From Alphaproteobacteria bacterium (lineage in GTDB: Bacteria > Pseudomonadota > Alphaproteobacteria > Bin95): a DNA stretch of 64,000 nucleotides. Positions 55,222 to 64,000 of this stretch are shown piece by piece; position 1 is the stretch's first letter; each line of letters begins with the position of its first letter. The notes below the pieces were generated by a model that was not told the DNA's origin, made no database searches, and worked only from the letters and a program-made list of their open reading frames with translations. Where the stretch lies: assembly GCA_964291285.2 (NCBI GenBank), contig OZ219785.1, forward strand, positions 416,001 through 480,000. Reading direction: 5' to 3'. Made by a program: the position numbers and the translations under genes.

Positions 55222-56094
55222 TCAGTTGATCTGTTGGTCATCGGTTTCGATTGGTTCGCCGGCTCGGTCGCGGATGAGCATGTCGTTCCAGTCCCGGTTG
55301 TCGAGTGCGGGTCGCAGCCGGACGATTCTGGTGTCGTTGCGGGCGAGGCGCCTTGCGGCGTGATCGCCGTTTGTGGTGGCGTCGTATGCACAGAAGATGA
55401 GGCGCGGGTTCCATGCCTCGATCCATTTGGGGACTTTGGTGGCGACGGCGCCGGTGGAGACGGTGGCGCATTCGGTGCGTTTTACCGGGCCGAGGTGGAG
55501 GGAGAGGATGGAGAGTGCGTCGAGGGCGTTGCCGGCCAGGATGACGGCGTGTGGCCATTCGGTCTCCCAGGACATCCAGAAGCCGCCGCCCGCGGTCGTT
55601 TTGCGGTCAGCGGTGACGGTTTCGATGCCGGTAGCCTCGCCGGCGGCGTTTCGGCGGACGAACACGGGGTTGCCGTGAGGGTCGGCATGGACCAGGCCGA
55701 GGTCGCGGCACAGGGTGACGAGCGCGTCCGCGAGGCCGCGCCGCTCGACGAGGTATCGCCGGAGGTTGGGCCAGCGGGGGTCCTTGGCCGGCGCCTGCCG
55801 GCGGCCGCCTGGGGGCATTGAGAGGTCGGACAGTTCGGCGAGGAAGTCGATGGCGTCCGGCGGGGTGCATCCGAGCGCATGGACCGCCAGTTCGATAGCC
55901 CCGGCTCCCTCCTCTGCGCGCAGATGGTCGTAGAACATGAAGCGGTTGATGGAGAGGACCGATCCTGGCCGTCTCCAGCGCACGGCATTGTCGGGATCGC
56001 TGCGGTAGCCGAGGGCTCGGGCGACGGGTTCGAGGGGATAGCCCCGCAGGCTCTCGGCCCGCACCCGCCGCTCGCGGGGGCGGGAGGGATGCAT
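55222..56094 (-). CDS. DUF3991/Toprim passenger protein (copy 2)
   Basis: Same as 28147-29019 except VILAG instead of VILDG. Confidence 0.75.
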   Translation of the reverse strand: MHPSRPRERRVRAESLRGYPLEPVARALGYRSDPDNAVRWRRPGSVLSINRFMFYDHLRAEEGAGAIELAVHALGCTPPDAIDFLAELSDLSMPPGGRRQAPAKDPRWPNLRRYLVERRGLADALVTLCRDLGLVHADPHGNPVFVRRNAAGEATGIETVTADRKTTAGGGFWMSWETEWPHAVILAGNALDALSILSLHLGPVKRTECATVSTGAVATKVPKWIEAWNPRLIFCAYDATTNGDHAARRLARNDTRIVRLRPALDNRDWNDMLIRDRAGEPIETDDQQIN

Positions 56095-56096
56095 GG

Positions 56097-56891
56097 CTAT
56101 GGCGACGGGACCGGGTTCGCCTTTCCAGTGCTTTGCCCGGCTTTCGGTCCGCGCCGGCGGCGGCGTTCGGCGCTGCGCTGCTTCTGACGTTCCTCGGCTT
56201 CCTTGCGGCGCCAGGAGTCGCCGTCGATGGCGACGATCTCGGCGTTGTGGACGAGCCGGTCGACGAGGGCGACCAGGCAGGCGGCGTTTGGGAAGGCCTC
56301 GCTCCACTCGGCGAAGGGGCGGTTCGTGGTGATTATGGTTGAGTTCTGCTGGCTGCGGCTTGAGACGATGTTGAACAGCAGGTCGGCGTGGCGGTTGGAG
56401 TAGGAGAGATATCCGACTTCGTCGATGACCAGCAGGTGCTGTCGGGCGTAGAAGCGCAGCCTGCGCTGGAGCAGGGTGTCGGAGTCGATGGCGGCGAGTT
56501 CGCCGAGCAGGCTGGCGGCGGTTGCGAAGCGCACGATGTGGCCTTCGAGGACGGCGCGGTGGGCGATATTGGCGGCGATGGTGGACTTTCCGACGCCGTT
56601 GGGTCCGACCAGTACGAGGTTTGCGGCCTCCTTGAGGAAGTCGAGGGTCATGAGGTCCTCGACGGCCATGCGGTCGCAGCGCCTTGGCCAGTCCCAGTCG
56701 AAGTCTGCGAGCGGCTTGAACTGTCCGAGGCGGGCGTCGGCGAGGCGGCGTTTGAGGCTTCGGGCGCGCTTCTCATCTTCTTCCCACGCGATCAGGGAGG
56801 CGAGCCAGTCGCGCTCCGCGACTTCGCCCCAATGGGCGAGGAGGCCGTGCAGGCCCAGCGCGCGGGCGCGGTTCATGAGGGTGTCGGTCAT
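56097..56891 (-). CDS. istB: IS21 helper ATPase
   Basis: Same translation as copy 1. Confidence 0.95.
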   Translation of the reverse strand: MTDTLMNRARALGLHGLLAHWGEVAERDWLASLIAWEEDEKRARSLKRRLADARLGQFKPLADFDWDWPRRCDRMAVEDLMTLDFLKEAANLVLVGPNGVGKSTIAANIAHRAVLEGHIVRFATAASLLGELAAIDSDTLLQRRLRFYARQHLLVIDEVGYLSYSNRHADLLFNIVSSRSQQNSTIITTNRPFAEWSEAFPNAACLVALVDRLVHNAEIVAIDGDSWRRKEAEERQKQRSAERRRRRGPKAGQSTGKANPVPSP

Positions 56892-58393
56892 TCTTCGCTG
56901 TCCTTTTCATGGTAGCCGGCCAGCCCGTCGTATCCGCCGAGATCGTGATCGCGCACGGCGATGTCGCGCACGCGCGGGTCCCTGGGCAGGTCGATGGGGA
57001 TCGGCGGCGGCCTGTCCTGCAGTTCGCGCCGCCGTGTGAGGCTGAGGCGCACGGCATTGGGATGGGGGACGCCGCGTTCGAGGGCCTCGTCGATGGCGGC
57101 TTCGAGCTCGGCGGCGCCGTATTGGTCGAGCAGGCGCAGCAGGGCGGCGACGGTGGCGCCGATATAAGCGCCGCGGGGGGCGGCCTCGGCGATCAGGCGC
57201 TCGCTGTTGGGCGCGGCCTGGAGCAGCCGGCTCTGCCCGCGCAGGCTGCGGGCGTGACGCTTGCGCCTGACCAGCTCCTCAATGTGTTCGGGGTTCTCGA
57301 TGCGGGCCGCCTTGTCGAAGCTGCGCGGATGGCGGGCGATGACCTCCATGCCGTCGAGGATGCGCACCTCTTCCAGCGTCGCGGCCACGGTGAGGGTGCG
57401 CCGGACATGGGTATGCGGGACGCTGTAGTCATTGAGGTCGAACCTGGCATAGGGGGTCTTGGCGATCCTGACCTCGACCCTCTCGTCGACGGGGGGACGG
57501 TCGTCGGGCAGCGCCATCAGGGAGCCGCGCTCGCGCTCGAAGGCCTCGCTCACGGTGAGGGAGCGGTCGTCCGGCCAGGGGCGGTCGGCGGCGACGCCCT
57601 CGCACCACTCCCGGGCCTGGGCGTTGAGATCGTCGAGGTCACGCCAGGCGCGGGCGGCGAAGAAGCTGTCGCGCACATAGCGTATGGCCCGCTCGACGCG
57701 GCCCTTCTCGTTGCCTCGGGCGACCGCGACCGGCTTCGGCAGGAAGCGGTAGGCGCCTGCGAAGTCGAGAAGCCGGGGATTGAAGCGGATGGCGTCGCCG
57801 CGCCGCTCCAGCACGACGCTCTTCAGATTGTCGTACCAGAGCTCGCGGGGCACGCCCTGCCAAGCCTCGAAGGCCTCGACATGGCCGCGCAGGAAGTTGT
57901 CCATCCCGGCGTTGAGGTAGAAGCGCAGGAAGAGGCGGCGCGAGTGGCCGAGCACCATCACGAAGGCCATCAGCGGGCGCTCCGCACGCCCGATCCTCAC
58001 CTTGCCGAAGTGGGCCCAGTCGACCTGGGCCTGCTCGCCGGGCAGGGCCTTGAGGCGCAGATAGGCCTCGGCCACCGGCCGCGGACGCTCGGGCGCGATC
58101 ATGCGCCGGAAGTGGCTCTCGCACCCCCGGTAACCGCGCTCGACCGCCATCCGGTAGAGCCGGCTGGAGGGCAACTTCGGCCAGACCGCCAGGGTCTGGC
58201 GGACGAAGGGCAGGAACGGATCGATCATCGAAGATCTGCGCCGCTTCTCAGGCGTGGGCGCCCCGGCGGCCGCCACCGCGCGCTCGACCGTGCCGTGGTG
58301 GACGCCGAGCTGGCGCGCGATCGTGCCGATCCGCCACTTCTCGGCAAAATACAGCCGCAGGATCTCGGCCCGGGTCTGCTGGTCGATCGCCAT
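56888..58393 (-). CDS. istA: IS21 transposase
   Basis: Same translation as copy 1. Confidence 0.95.
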   Translation of the reverse strand: MAIDQQTRAEILRLYFAEKWRIGTIARQLGVHHGTVERAVAAAGAPTPEKRRRSSMIDPFLPFVRQTLAVWPKLPSSRLYRMAVERGYRGCESHFRRMIAPERPRPVAEAYLRLKALPGEQAQVDWAHFGKVRIGRAERPLMAFVMVLGHSRRLFLRFYLNAGMDNFLRGHVEAFEAWQGVPRELWYDNLKSVVLERRGDAIRFNPRLLDFAGAYRFLPKPVAVARGNEKGRVERAIRYVRDSFFAARAWRDLDDLNAQAREWCEGVAADRPWPDDRSLTVSEAFERERGSLMALPDDRPPVDERVEVRIAKTPYARFDLNDYSVPHTHVRRTLTVAATLEEVRILDGMEVIARHPRSFDKAARIENPEHIEELVRRKRHARSLRGQSRLLQAAPNSERLIAEAAPRGAYIGATVAALLRLLDQYGAAELEAAIDEALERGVPHPNAVRLSLTRRRELQDRPPPIPIDLPRDPRVRDIAVRDHDLGGYDGLAGYHEKDSEE

Positions 58394-58394
58394 C

Positions 58395-58829
58395 TCACTC
58401 CCTTCGCGCCGGGCGCAGGCCCGGATAGACCGCCCGGGCGCAGAACCGCCCGCAGTGATCGCAGCGGAACACTCCGGCGGGACGGTCGGGTCCGAAGGGC
58501 CTCCTTCCCGAGCGCCCCGCCGGCATGCCCGCCACAACAGGACGGCGCGGTGAACGGGTCAAAGGGTGATGCGTCACTTTCTGCGCACGGCGCCCCTCCT
58601 CAGGCGCACGGACGCGACGGCGCTCGCGGTAGCGCCGCTGGCGTTCGGCATGCTTGTGACGGCCCCGCCGGCTGTTCTGGTAGCGACGCCCGGCAAGGCG
58701 CAGCGAGCGCCGCCGCGCCCGGCCGCTGCACGGACGCGAGCAGTAGATGTTGCCGTGGTCGCACCGCCGGCACAGCACAACCTGGCGATGGCACGAAGCG
58801 CAGGTGAACAGGCGGGCGGCGTTCCTCAT
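58395..58829 (-). CDS. Cys-rich ORF of the IS21 element (copy 2)
   Basis: Same translation as copy 1. Confidence 0.65.
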   Translation of the reverse strand: MRNAARLFTCASCHRQVVLCRRCDHGNIYCSRPCSGRARRRSLRLAGRRYQNSRRGRHKHAERQRRYRERRRVRAPEEGRRAQKVTHHPLTRSPRRPVVAGMPAGRSGRRPFGPDRPAGVFRCDHCGRFCARAVYPGLRPARRE

Positions 58830-60472
58830 CGCAAAGACCGATGAGAACGGGGTGGACCCACGCCCGAACGCCTACGATACTGCGCATACGGGCCGTGCCT
58901 TGCATGGCTCGGGGGGTGCGGCGCCGGTCGTTGCCACCTAGCAAACGGGGCCGGCGCCGCATCGTTCTCAGCAGCCCCAGTCTACCCCCTCGCGCAGCCC
59001 GGCGACCCCCGCCGACAGCGCCAGGACACCCTCCCCTCGGCAGGCGAAAATATCAACGCGACGGGGGCCGGCGACTCCAGTCGGGCTACGCCCTCCTTCC
59101 GTCCCAGGCCCCCGTCACAAACACCGCCGCACCACAATCACTGCGATCATCACGCCCCGCAAAAACGCGCAACGCCAGCAAATAAGCGCCTTTTACGACC
59201 GTCACCTACAACAGAAGCAAATGGATCAGGAGGAGTTAGCGCAGCATGTGGGCGTTAACCGCTCCACCTGGTCGCGCATCGAGGCGGGGCTGTCGGCGCT
59301 GAGCATCGATCAATTGGCCAAGGCCGCATCGAAGCTCGACGTGTCCGTGAGCGAACTGACGACGGAAGCGGACGATGTCGTCCGGGCGTTGCGGCGAGAG
59401 AATGTCGAAGTCCACAACAGCCGCGACCGGGCCGACTCCAACACATCCGGCCCCACAGCCCCCGGAGAGTCTGCGGGGCCGATGGGCGTGTTTCTCAAGG
59501 GCGAGGTATTGACGGCTATGGTTTCAACAATCCTGGGCTCGCAAAAGGGACGAATCACCATGAGCTACGAGTACAGGCCCGATGAAGGTCTGGATTTCCT
59601 GGAGGGCGTTGCAAGCGAAGACCTTCACGGCCTCGTCGAGTTTCTGACCGGGCAGAGGAACCAGGGACTCACGCAGACGGAGCGCTACAAGTCCCATTCC
59701 CCCGACCACAACAGGTACTGGAGGGAGATTGCCACCGAAATCCAAACCTTCGGGGGCAACTCGGTCTCCAACCTCTACAGAGGCACGGGCACATATTACC
59801 GGGACATCCTCTATGACGTGTGCGACCGGTTGAAGGTCAACTACAACAAGGGGTCGAGCATTCTGTCGATCGAGGGGAATCTCCTGCAGAAGGCGCTGGC
59901 GGACACGTTTGAAGAGCTCGATTCGGAACAGCGCGCCGCGCTCCTCGAAGCGTTGGGCAAGGAAAACGCATCGAAACTCGGAGCCAATGCGGCGGTGGCC
60001 GCAGCCCAGATGCTGCTGCGAGCCGGTGGCTTTGCAACGTACAAATGGGCGCTCATCGTCGTTAACGGGATCATAGGCGGCATCGGAAAGCACACCGTTG
60101 GCAAAGGCCTGGCCCTGGGTGCCAACGCTTTGTTGGCGCGCAGTTTGTCAGTTGCCGTCGGGCCGGTGGGGCTGGCGCTTACGGCAGCCTGGACGACTTA
60201 CGATCTGGCCGGTCCCGCATATCGCGTGACCGTTCCGTCTGTGCTCTACATCGCCGCGCTGCGACTAAAGAAAATCCAGGACGAACACCCCGAAGACGAT
60301 TTGGCCTGAGTGGCTTTCATCATCCTGATCGCGAGACGGAGAAAACCCGGGATGGCGGCTTCGGAGTTCGGCCGGCGGAAAAGGAGTGCATGGGCGGCGC
60401 TGCGCGGTTGCGCCGCCCATGCAGCGGCAGGGAAAGACGGAGGAGGCCTCCCTGCCGTTTCGCGATACGGCT

Positions 60473-61480
60473 TCAGCCGTCGTAATCGACGCGGTCCACC
60501 ATCCGGCCGGCTTCCTCGCGCAGCTCGGCCACGCGGGCGAGCGGCAGGTCGTCCGCCTTGAAGGCCGCGAGCCTTTCGGGGCCTTCGACACCGGGCTTGA
60601 CCGGATATTCGCCGTTCACCCTGGCGTAGATGTTCTGGCCTTCCTCGCCGGACGCGAATTCGAGCAGCGCTACCGCGTTGTCGCGATTGGGCGCGCCCTT
60701 CACCAGCGAGGCGCCGGAAATGTTGACATGCGCGCCGCGCCCGGCCTGGTTCGGGAAGACGACCCTGACCGAGTCGGCCCAGGCCTTCTGCTTCGGGTCG
60801 TCCAGCATCTTGTGGTAGTAGTAGTGGTTGCCGATGGAGACATCGCACTCGCCGGCATGGATGGCCTTGACCTGCGCGCGGTCATTGCCCTGGGGCCGGC
60901 GCGCCAGGTTCGCTTTCAGACCGGCCAGCCAGTCCTCCGCCTTCTCCTTGCCGTGATGCGCGATCATCGAGGCGATCAGCGCGATCATGTACACATGCTT
61001 TCCGCTGCGCGTGCAGATGCGCCCCTTCCACTCCGGCTCGACAAGCTGCTCATAGGTCTCGATGCCCCCCTCCGGCACGCGGTCATGCGAGGCGTAGATG
61101 AGGCGCGTGCGGGTCGTGAGCCCGTACCAGTTGCCGTCCGGGTCGCGCAGCGAAGCCGGGATGTTGGCCGACAGCGTGTCGGTCTTGACGGGCTCGACGA
61201 CGCCGGCCTTCACCGCGTCGTGCAGCCGGCCGATATCCACGGTGAAGATCAGGTCCGCCGGGCTTGCCGTCCCCTCGGTCTTGAGCCGTTCGATCAACCC
61301 CTTCTTCGCGAAGACCACGTTCACCTTGATGCCGGTCTTGTCCATGAACGCCTTGAATAGCGGTTTGACGAGGAAGGGCTGGCGGTAGGAATAGACATTG
61401 ACGTCCGTCGCCTGCGCCGACGCGGCCGCGATGACCGCGATTCCGGCAACCGCAGCGATTTCAACAATCCGGCTACGCAT
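60473..61480 (-). CDS. Fe(III) ABC transporter substrate-binding protein (FutA/FbpA-like)
   Basis: Signal peptide; VNVYSYRQ, SPAD, GNDRAQ, GNHYYY and HVNISG. Confidence 0.9.
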   Translation of the reverse strand: MRSRIVEIAAVAGIAVIAAASAQATDVNVYSYRQPFLVKPLFKAFMDKTGIKVNVVFAKKGLIERLKTEGTASPADLIFTVDIGRLHDAVKAGVVEPVKTDTLSANIPASLRDPDGNWYGLTTRTRLIYASHDRVPEGGIETYEQLVEPEWKGRICTRSGKHVYMIALIASMIAHHGKEKAEDWLAGLKANLARRPQGNDRAQVKAIHAGECDVSIGNHYYYHKMLDDPKQKAWADSVRVVFPNQAGRGAHVNISGASLVKGAPNRDNAVALLEFASGEEGQNIYARVNGEYPVKPGVEGPERLAAFKADDLPLARVAELREEAGRMVDRVDYDG

Positions 61481-61501
61481 TGCTTCCTCCGCGCAATACC
61501 A

Positions 61502-61572
61502 TGCGATTGATAGTCATTCGCAAATATACAGCGCTGCCAGACGCGCGCAAGATGCGAATACTTCTCATTATC
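61502..61572. promoter_or_regulatory. Two Fur-box-like iron-regulatory sites
   Basis: Palindrome TGCGATTGATAGTCATTCGCA (61502-61522) and TGCGAATACTTCTCATTATC (61553-61572) upstream of the iron-binding protein. Confidence 0.65.
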
Positions 61573-61728
61573 GCGACAAAGTGGCACAGTTGCCGGACTG
61601 CCGGAGGAATGTCCCGGCCGGGCCCGCCCCTGTCGTCCTGCTAACGGTCAGGCGCGGCCGAACTCGTCGGCCGGATTGCAAAGAGGCCGGCCGGCGGCTC
61701 GCCGCCCGCCCGAAGGCCGGGACTGCCT

Positions 61729-62829
61729 TTATGCTGCGGCGGCGGCCTCGGGCTTGAGGTGGCTTACCCTCGGCAGCACCTCGTTCATCAGCAGGCCCAT
61801 GGAGGTGTGCCAGGCTTCCGGCTTGTCGGCGTAGTCGAAGCAGAACAGGAGGAGCTGCCCGAAGCCGCCGACATCGTCATAGACCGCCTCCAGCTTTTCG
61901 GCGACGGTCGCCGGCGAGCCGACCAGCCAGTTGTGCTTCGCGCAGTATTCCGGCGTCACGTCGCTGTCCGCCACGTCCTGGTCGTGCTTCAGGAACTCCA
62001 GGAAGCCGAAATTGGCGAGCAGCGGCAGGAAATAGTCTCCCATCATCCGCCCCATCATGTCGCCGACCGACAGCCGCCAGGCCTCCTCGTCGGTCTCGGC
62101 GACGAACACCTCGCGCACCATGCGCCACTCGCCGCGGCTGGCGGTGCGCCCGGCCCTCGCCGCGCCCTCCTCGACCGCATCCCAGTGGCTGCCGACATAG
62201 GCCGGATTCAGGTTCAGGCTCATCGGCAGGAAGCCGCGCTCGCCGGCGAGCTTGAGCGTGTCGGAGTTCTTGGAGAGGCCGGCCACGCCGATGGGCGGAT
62301 GCGGCTTCTGCAGGGGGAACAGGTGCGGGCGCAGGAAGCCGAACATTTCCGCGCCCTTGGTCACATGCCAGAACCGGCCCTTGTAGTCGAACTCCGGCTC
62401 GTCGGACCAGAGCCGCAGGATGATGTCGAGCGCCTCGCGCGTCATGTCGCGGTTCTCGCCGGACATGCCGTCCACGTTGAACATCTGCCAGTCGCTCGGC
62501 AGCCCGCTCGCGGCGACGCCGAAATTGAGCCGCCCCTGGCTCAACCGGTCCATCATCGCAATCCGGTTGGCGAGCTCGGCCGGGTGATGGTAGGGCAGCA
62601 GGAAGCCGCCCGGGCCGAGCCGGATGGTCTCCGTCTGCCGGAGGCCCTCGACCACCAGGAAATCGGGCGCGGGATGCGGCTCCCAGGGCGCGGTGTGGTG
62701 CTCCCCGATCCAGCCTTCGGTAAAGCCGAGCTCGTCGGCCCAGCGGATATGCTGGAGGTCCCATTCGTGGCCCTCGCGCAGGTCGCGCTCAGGCGGGTGG
62801 GAAGGCATGCTGAAAAAGCCGATTTCCAT
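61729..62829 (-). CDS. LLM-class flavin-dependent monooxygenase
   Basis: WIGEHH, LLPYHHP, P.QKPHPP and VGSPATV. Confidence 0.9.
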   Translation of the reverse strand: MEIGFFSMPSHPPERDLREGHEWDLQHIRWADELGFTEGWIGEHHTAPWEPHPAPDFLVVEGLRQTETIRLGPGGFLLPYHHPAELANRIAMMDRLSQGRLNFGVAASGLPSDWQMFNVDGMSGENRDMTREALDIILRLWSDEPEFDYKGRFWHVTKGAEMFGFLRPHLFPLQKPHPPIGVAGLSKNSDTLKLAGERGFLPMSLNLNPAYVGSHWDAVEEGAARAGRTASRGEWRMVREVFVAETDEEAWRLSVGDMMGRMMGDYFLPLLANFGFLEFLKHDQDVADSDVTPEYCAKHNWLVGSPATVAEKLEAVYDDVGGFGQLLLFCFDYADKPEAWHTSMGLLMNEVLPRVSHLKPEAAAAA

Positions 62830-62905
62830 CGGGGCGTATCCTCTCGTCACCGCTCTGCCGGCGCCCGGCAGACGAAGGAAACTTTCGGGGGCCGGGCGCG
62901 TGGAG

Positions 62906-64000
62906 TCAATCGGCCTTCGGCACCAGCCAGCGATGGGCGGAGAAGGACACGAGCCCGCAGACCGCGACCGTGAGTGCGAGCGGCAGCGCCGTGCCGTCAT
63001 GGAACTGGCCGACCGCGAGGCCCGACAGTGTGCCGAGGGCGAAATGCCCCGCGCCGATGAGCGCGATGACGGTGCCGGCGAGCTCCGCCTTGTCGGCCGT
63101 CGCGATCACGATGGTGTTGGCGGCGATCAGGTTGAGCGCGAACATGAAACAGAGAAGCGCGGCGACAATGGCGGCGAGGCTCCCGGGAAGCAGCAGGACG
63201 ACGAGAACCAGCGCAAGGCCCGCCGCCAGCAGCAGCCATGTGCCCGCCGTCATCATACCGGCAGGCCCGGCGCGGCCGACCAGCCGGCGGTTGGTCCAGG
63301 CGCCTGCCATGATCGCCAGGATATGGACCGCGAACAGCAGCCCGTAGGTTTGCGGCGAGACGCCGAACACCTCCATGAACACGAAGGGCGTGCCGGAGAT
63401 GTAGGCGAACATGCCGGCAAAGGCGCCGCCGCTTGCGAGCGCGCAGCCGAGCGTCCGCCGCTCCGAGACGAGGCGGGCGTAGTTCACGAAGATCGAGCCG
63501 AGGCCCGCGCGGATGCGCGTTTCGGGAGGCCGCGTTTCAGGCAGCAGGAAGAGGACCGCCAGCAGCGCCAGCGCGCCCCAGCCGGCCAGGATCAGGAAGA
63601 TCGCGCGCCAGTCGGCGAAATGCAGCACCTGCGCGCCGAGCGAGGGCGCCAGCAGGGGCGCGGCCGCCATGATGAGCATGAGGGTGGAGAGCATCCGCGC
63701 GGCTTCCGCACCCGAATGGCGGTCGCGCACCGAGGCCCGCGCGATCACCGTCGCCGCCCCGCCGCCGAGCGCCTGGAAGAAGCGCGCCGCGGTCAGCGCC
63801 CCGATATCCGGCGCGAACGCCGCGCCTGCGCTCGCCGCCAGATAGACCGAGACGCCGATGAGCAGCATCGGCCGGCGCCCGTAGCGGTCCGAGAGCGGGC
63901 CGTAGAGAAGCTGCCCGATGCCGAAGCCGACGAAGAAGGCGGACAGCGTGAACTGCACATCGCCGGCGGACGCACCGAATTCGCGCCCGATGGCCGGCAG
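62906..64000 (-). CDS. Bcr/CflA-family MFS efflux transporter (5' end beyond window)
   Basis: GQLLYGPLSDRYGRRP, RFFQALGG, APSLG, LPET and multiple TM helices. Confidence 0.9.
   Translation of the reverse strand: MPAIGREFGASAGDVQFTLSAFFVGFGIGQLLYGPLSDRYGRRPMLLIGVSVYLAASAGAAFAPDIGALTAARFFQALGGGAATVIARASVRDRHSGAEAARMLSTLMLIMAAAPLLAPSLGAQVLHFADWRAIFLILAGWGALALLAVLFLLPETRPPETRIRAGLGSIFVNYARLVSERRTLGCALASGGAFAGMFAYISGTPFVFMEVFGVSPQTYGLLFAVHILAIMAGAWTNRRLVGRAGPAGMMTAGTWLLLAAGLALVLVVLLLPGSLAAIVAALLCFMFALNLIAANTIVIATADKAELAGTVIALIGAGHFALGTLSGLAVGQFHDGTALPLALTVAVCGLVSFSAHRWLVPKAD

Larger units (their letters stand above)
55162..59210 (-). mobile_element. IS21-family element, copy 2 (4049 bp, inverted)
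   Basis: Near-identical to copy 1; 5-bp TSD ACAGA at 55157-55161 and 59211-59215. Confidence 0.93.
55098..60309 (+). pseudogene. XRE-HTH + YaaW/DUF3944-like fusion gene split by IS21 (55098-55161 + 59211-60309)
   Basis: Removing the IS and one ACAGA restores MKSETTYQTVLGRLIALKRRQKQMDQEELAQHVGVNRSTWSRIEAG... (386 codons); the C-terminal part has FGGNS, Y..IL.DVC..LKV and AGPAYRVT.P. Confidence 0.82.

Noticed and set aside
25022-59210. Composite transposon or past inversion bounded by the two inverted IS21 copies
   Set aside because: Each copy has its own matching 5-bp TSD and restores its own target gene, so these are independent insertions with no net rearrangement.
1-64000. CRISPR array, rRNA/tRNA, reverse transcriptase/DGR
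   Set aside because: None seen; the repeats present are coding (RTX, FN3), IS copies or short palindromes.

Overview
High-GC bacterial window; gene content suggests an Alphaproteobacterium, possibly host-associated (inference). Layout: (1) 1-10.7 kb, two RTX-type Ca-binding proteins and a giant FN3/Calx-beta autotransporter; the complete RTX gene and the autotransporter each carry a poly-C switch, and an IS lies between them. (2) ~10.8-33.1 kb, a decayed mobilizable island: integrase remnant, MobF relaxases, three RHH genes and a candidate oriT. It carries an unassigned 4-gene PAPS-reductase-like/GHKL-ATPase operon and an NrtR/ARPP-1/ADP-ribosylglycohydrolase module split by an IS21 element. 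(3) 33-55 kb, metabolic genes (argD, ubiA, amidohydrolases, a UGSC selenoprotein), an AAA+DUF3226 pair, a porin and IS256. (4) A second, inverted IS21 copy splitting an XRE-YaaW gene, then an Fe3+-binding protein, an LLM monooxygenase and an MFS pump. Top observation: the porin gene (46352-47752) is bracketed by two inverted 28-bp dif-like (XerC-6bp-XerD) sites with identical spacers. Inversion would fuse it in frame to an external RBS and start codon, suggesting an Xer-driven ON/OFF porin switch. All family assignments come from motif recognition by eye, not database searches.
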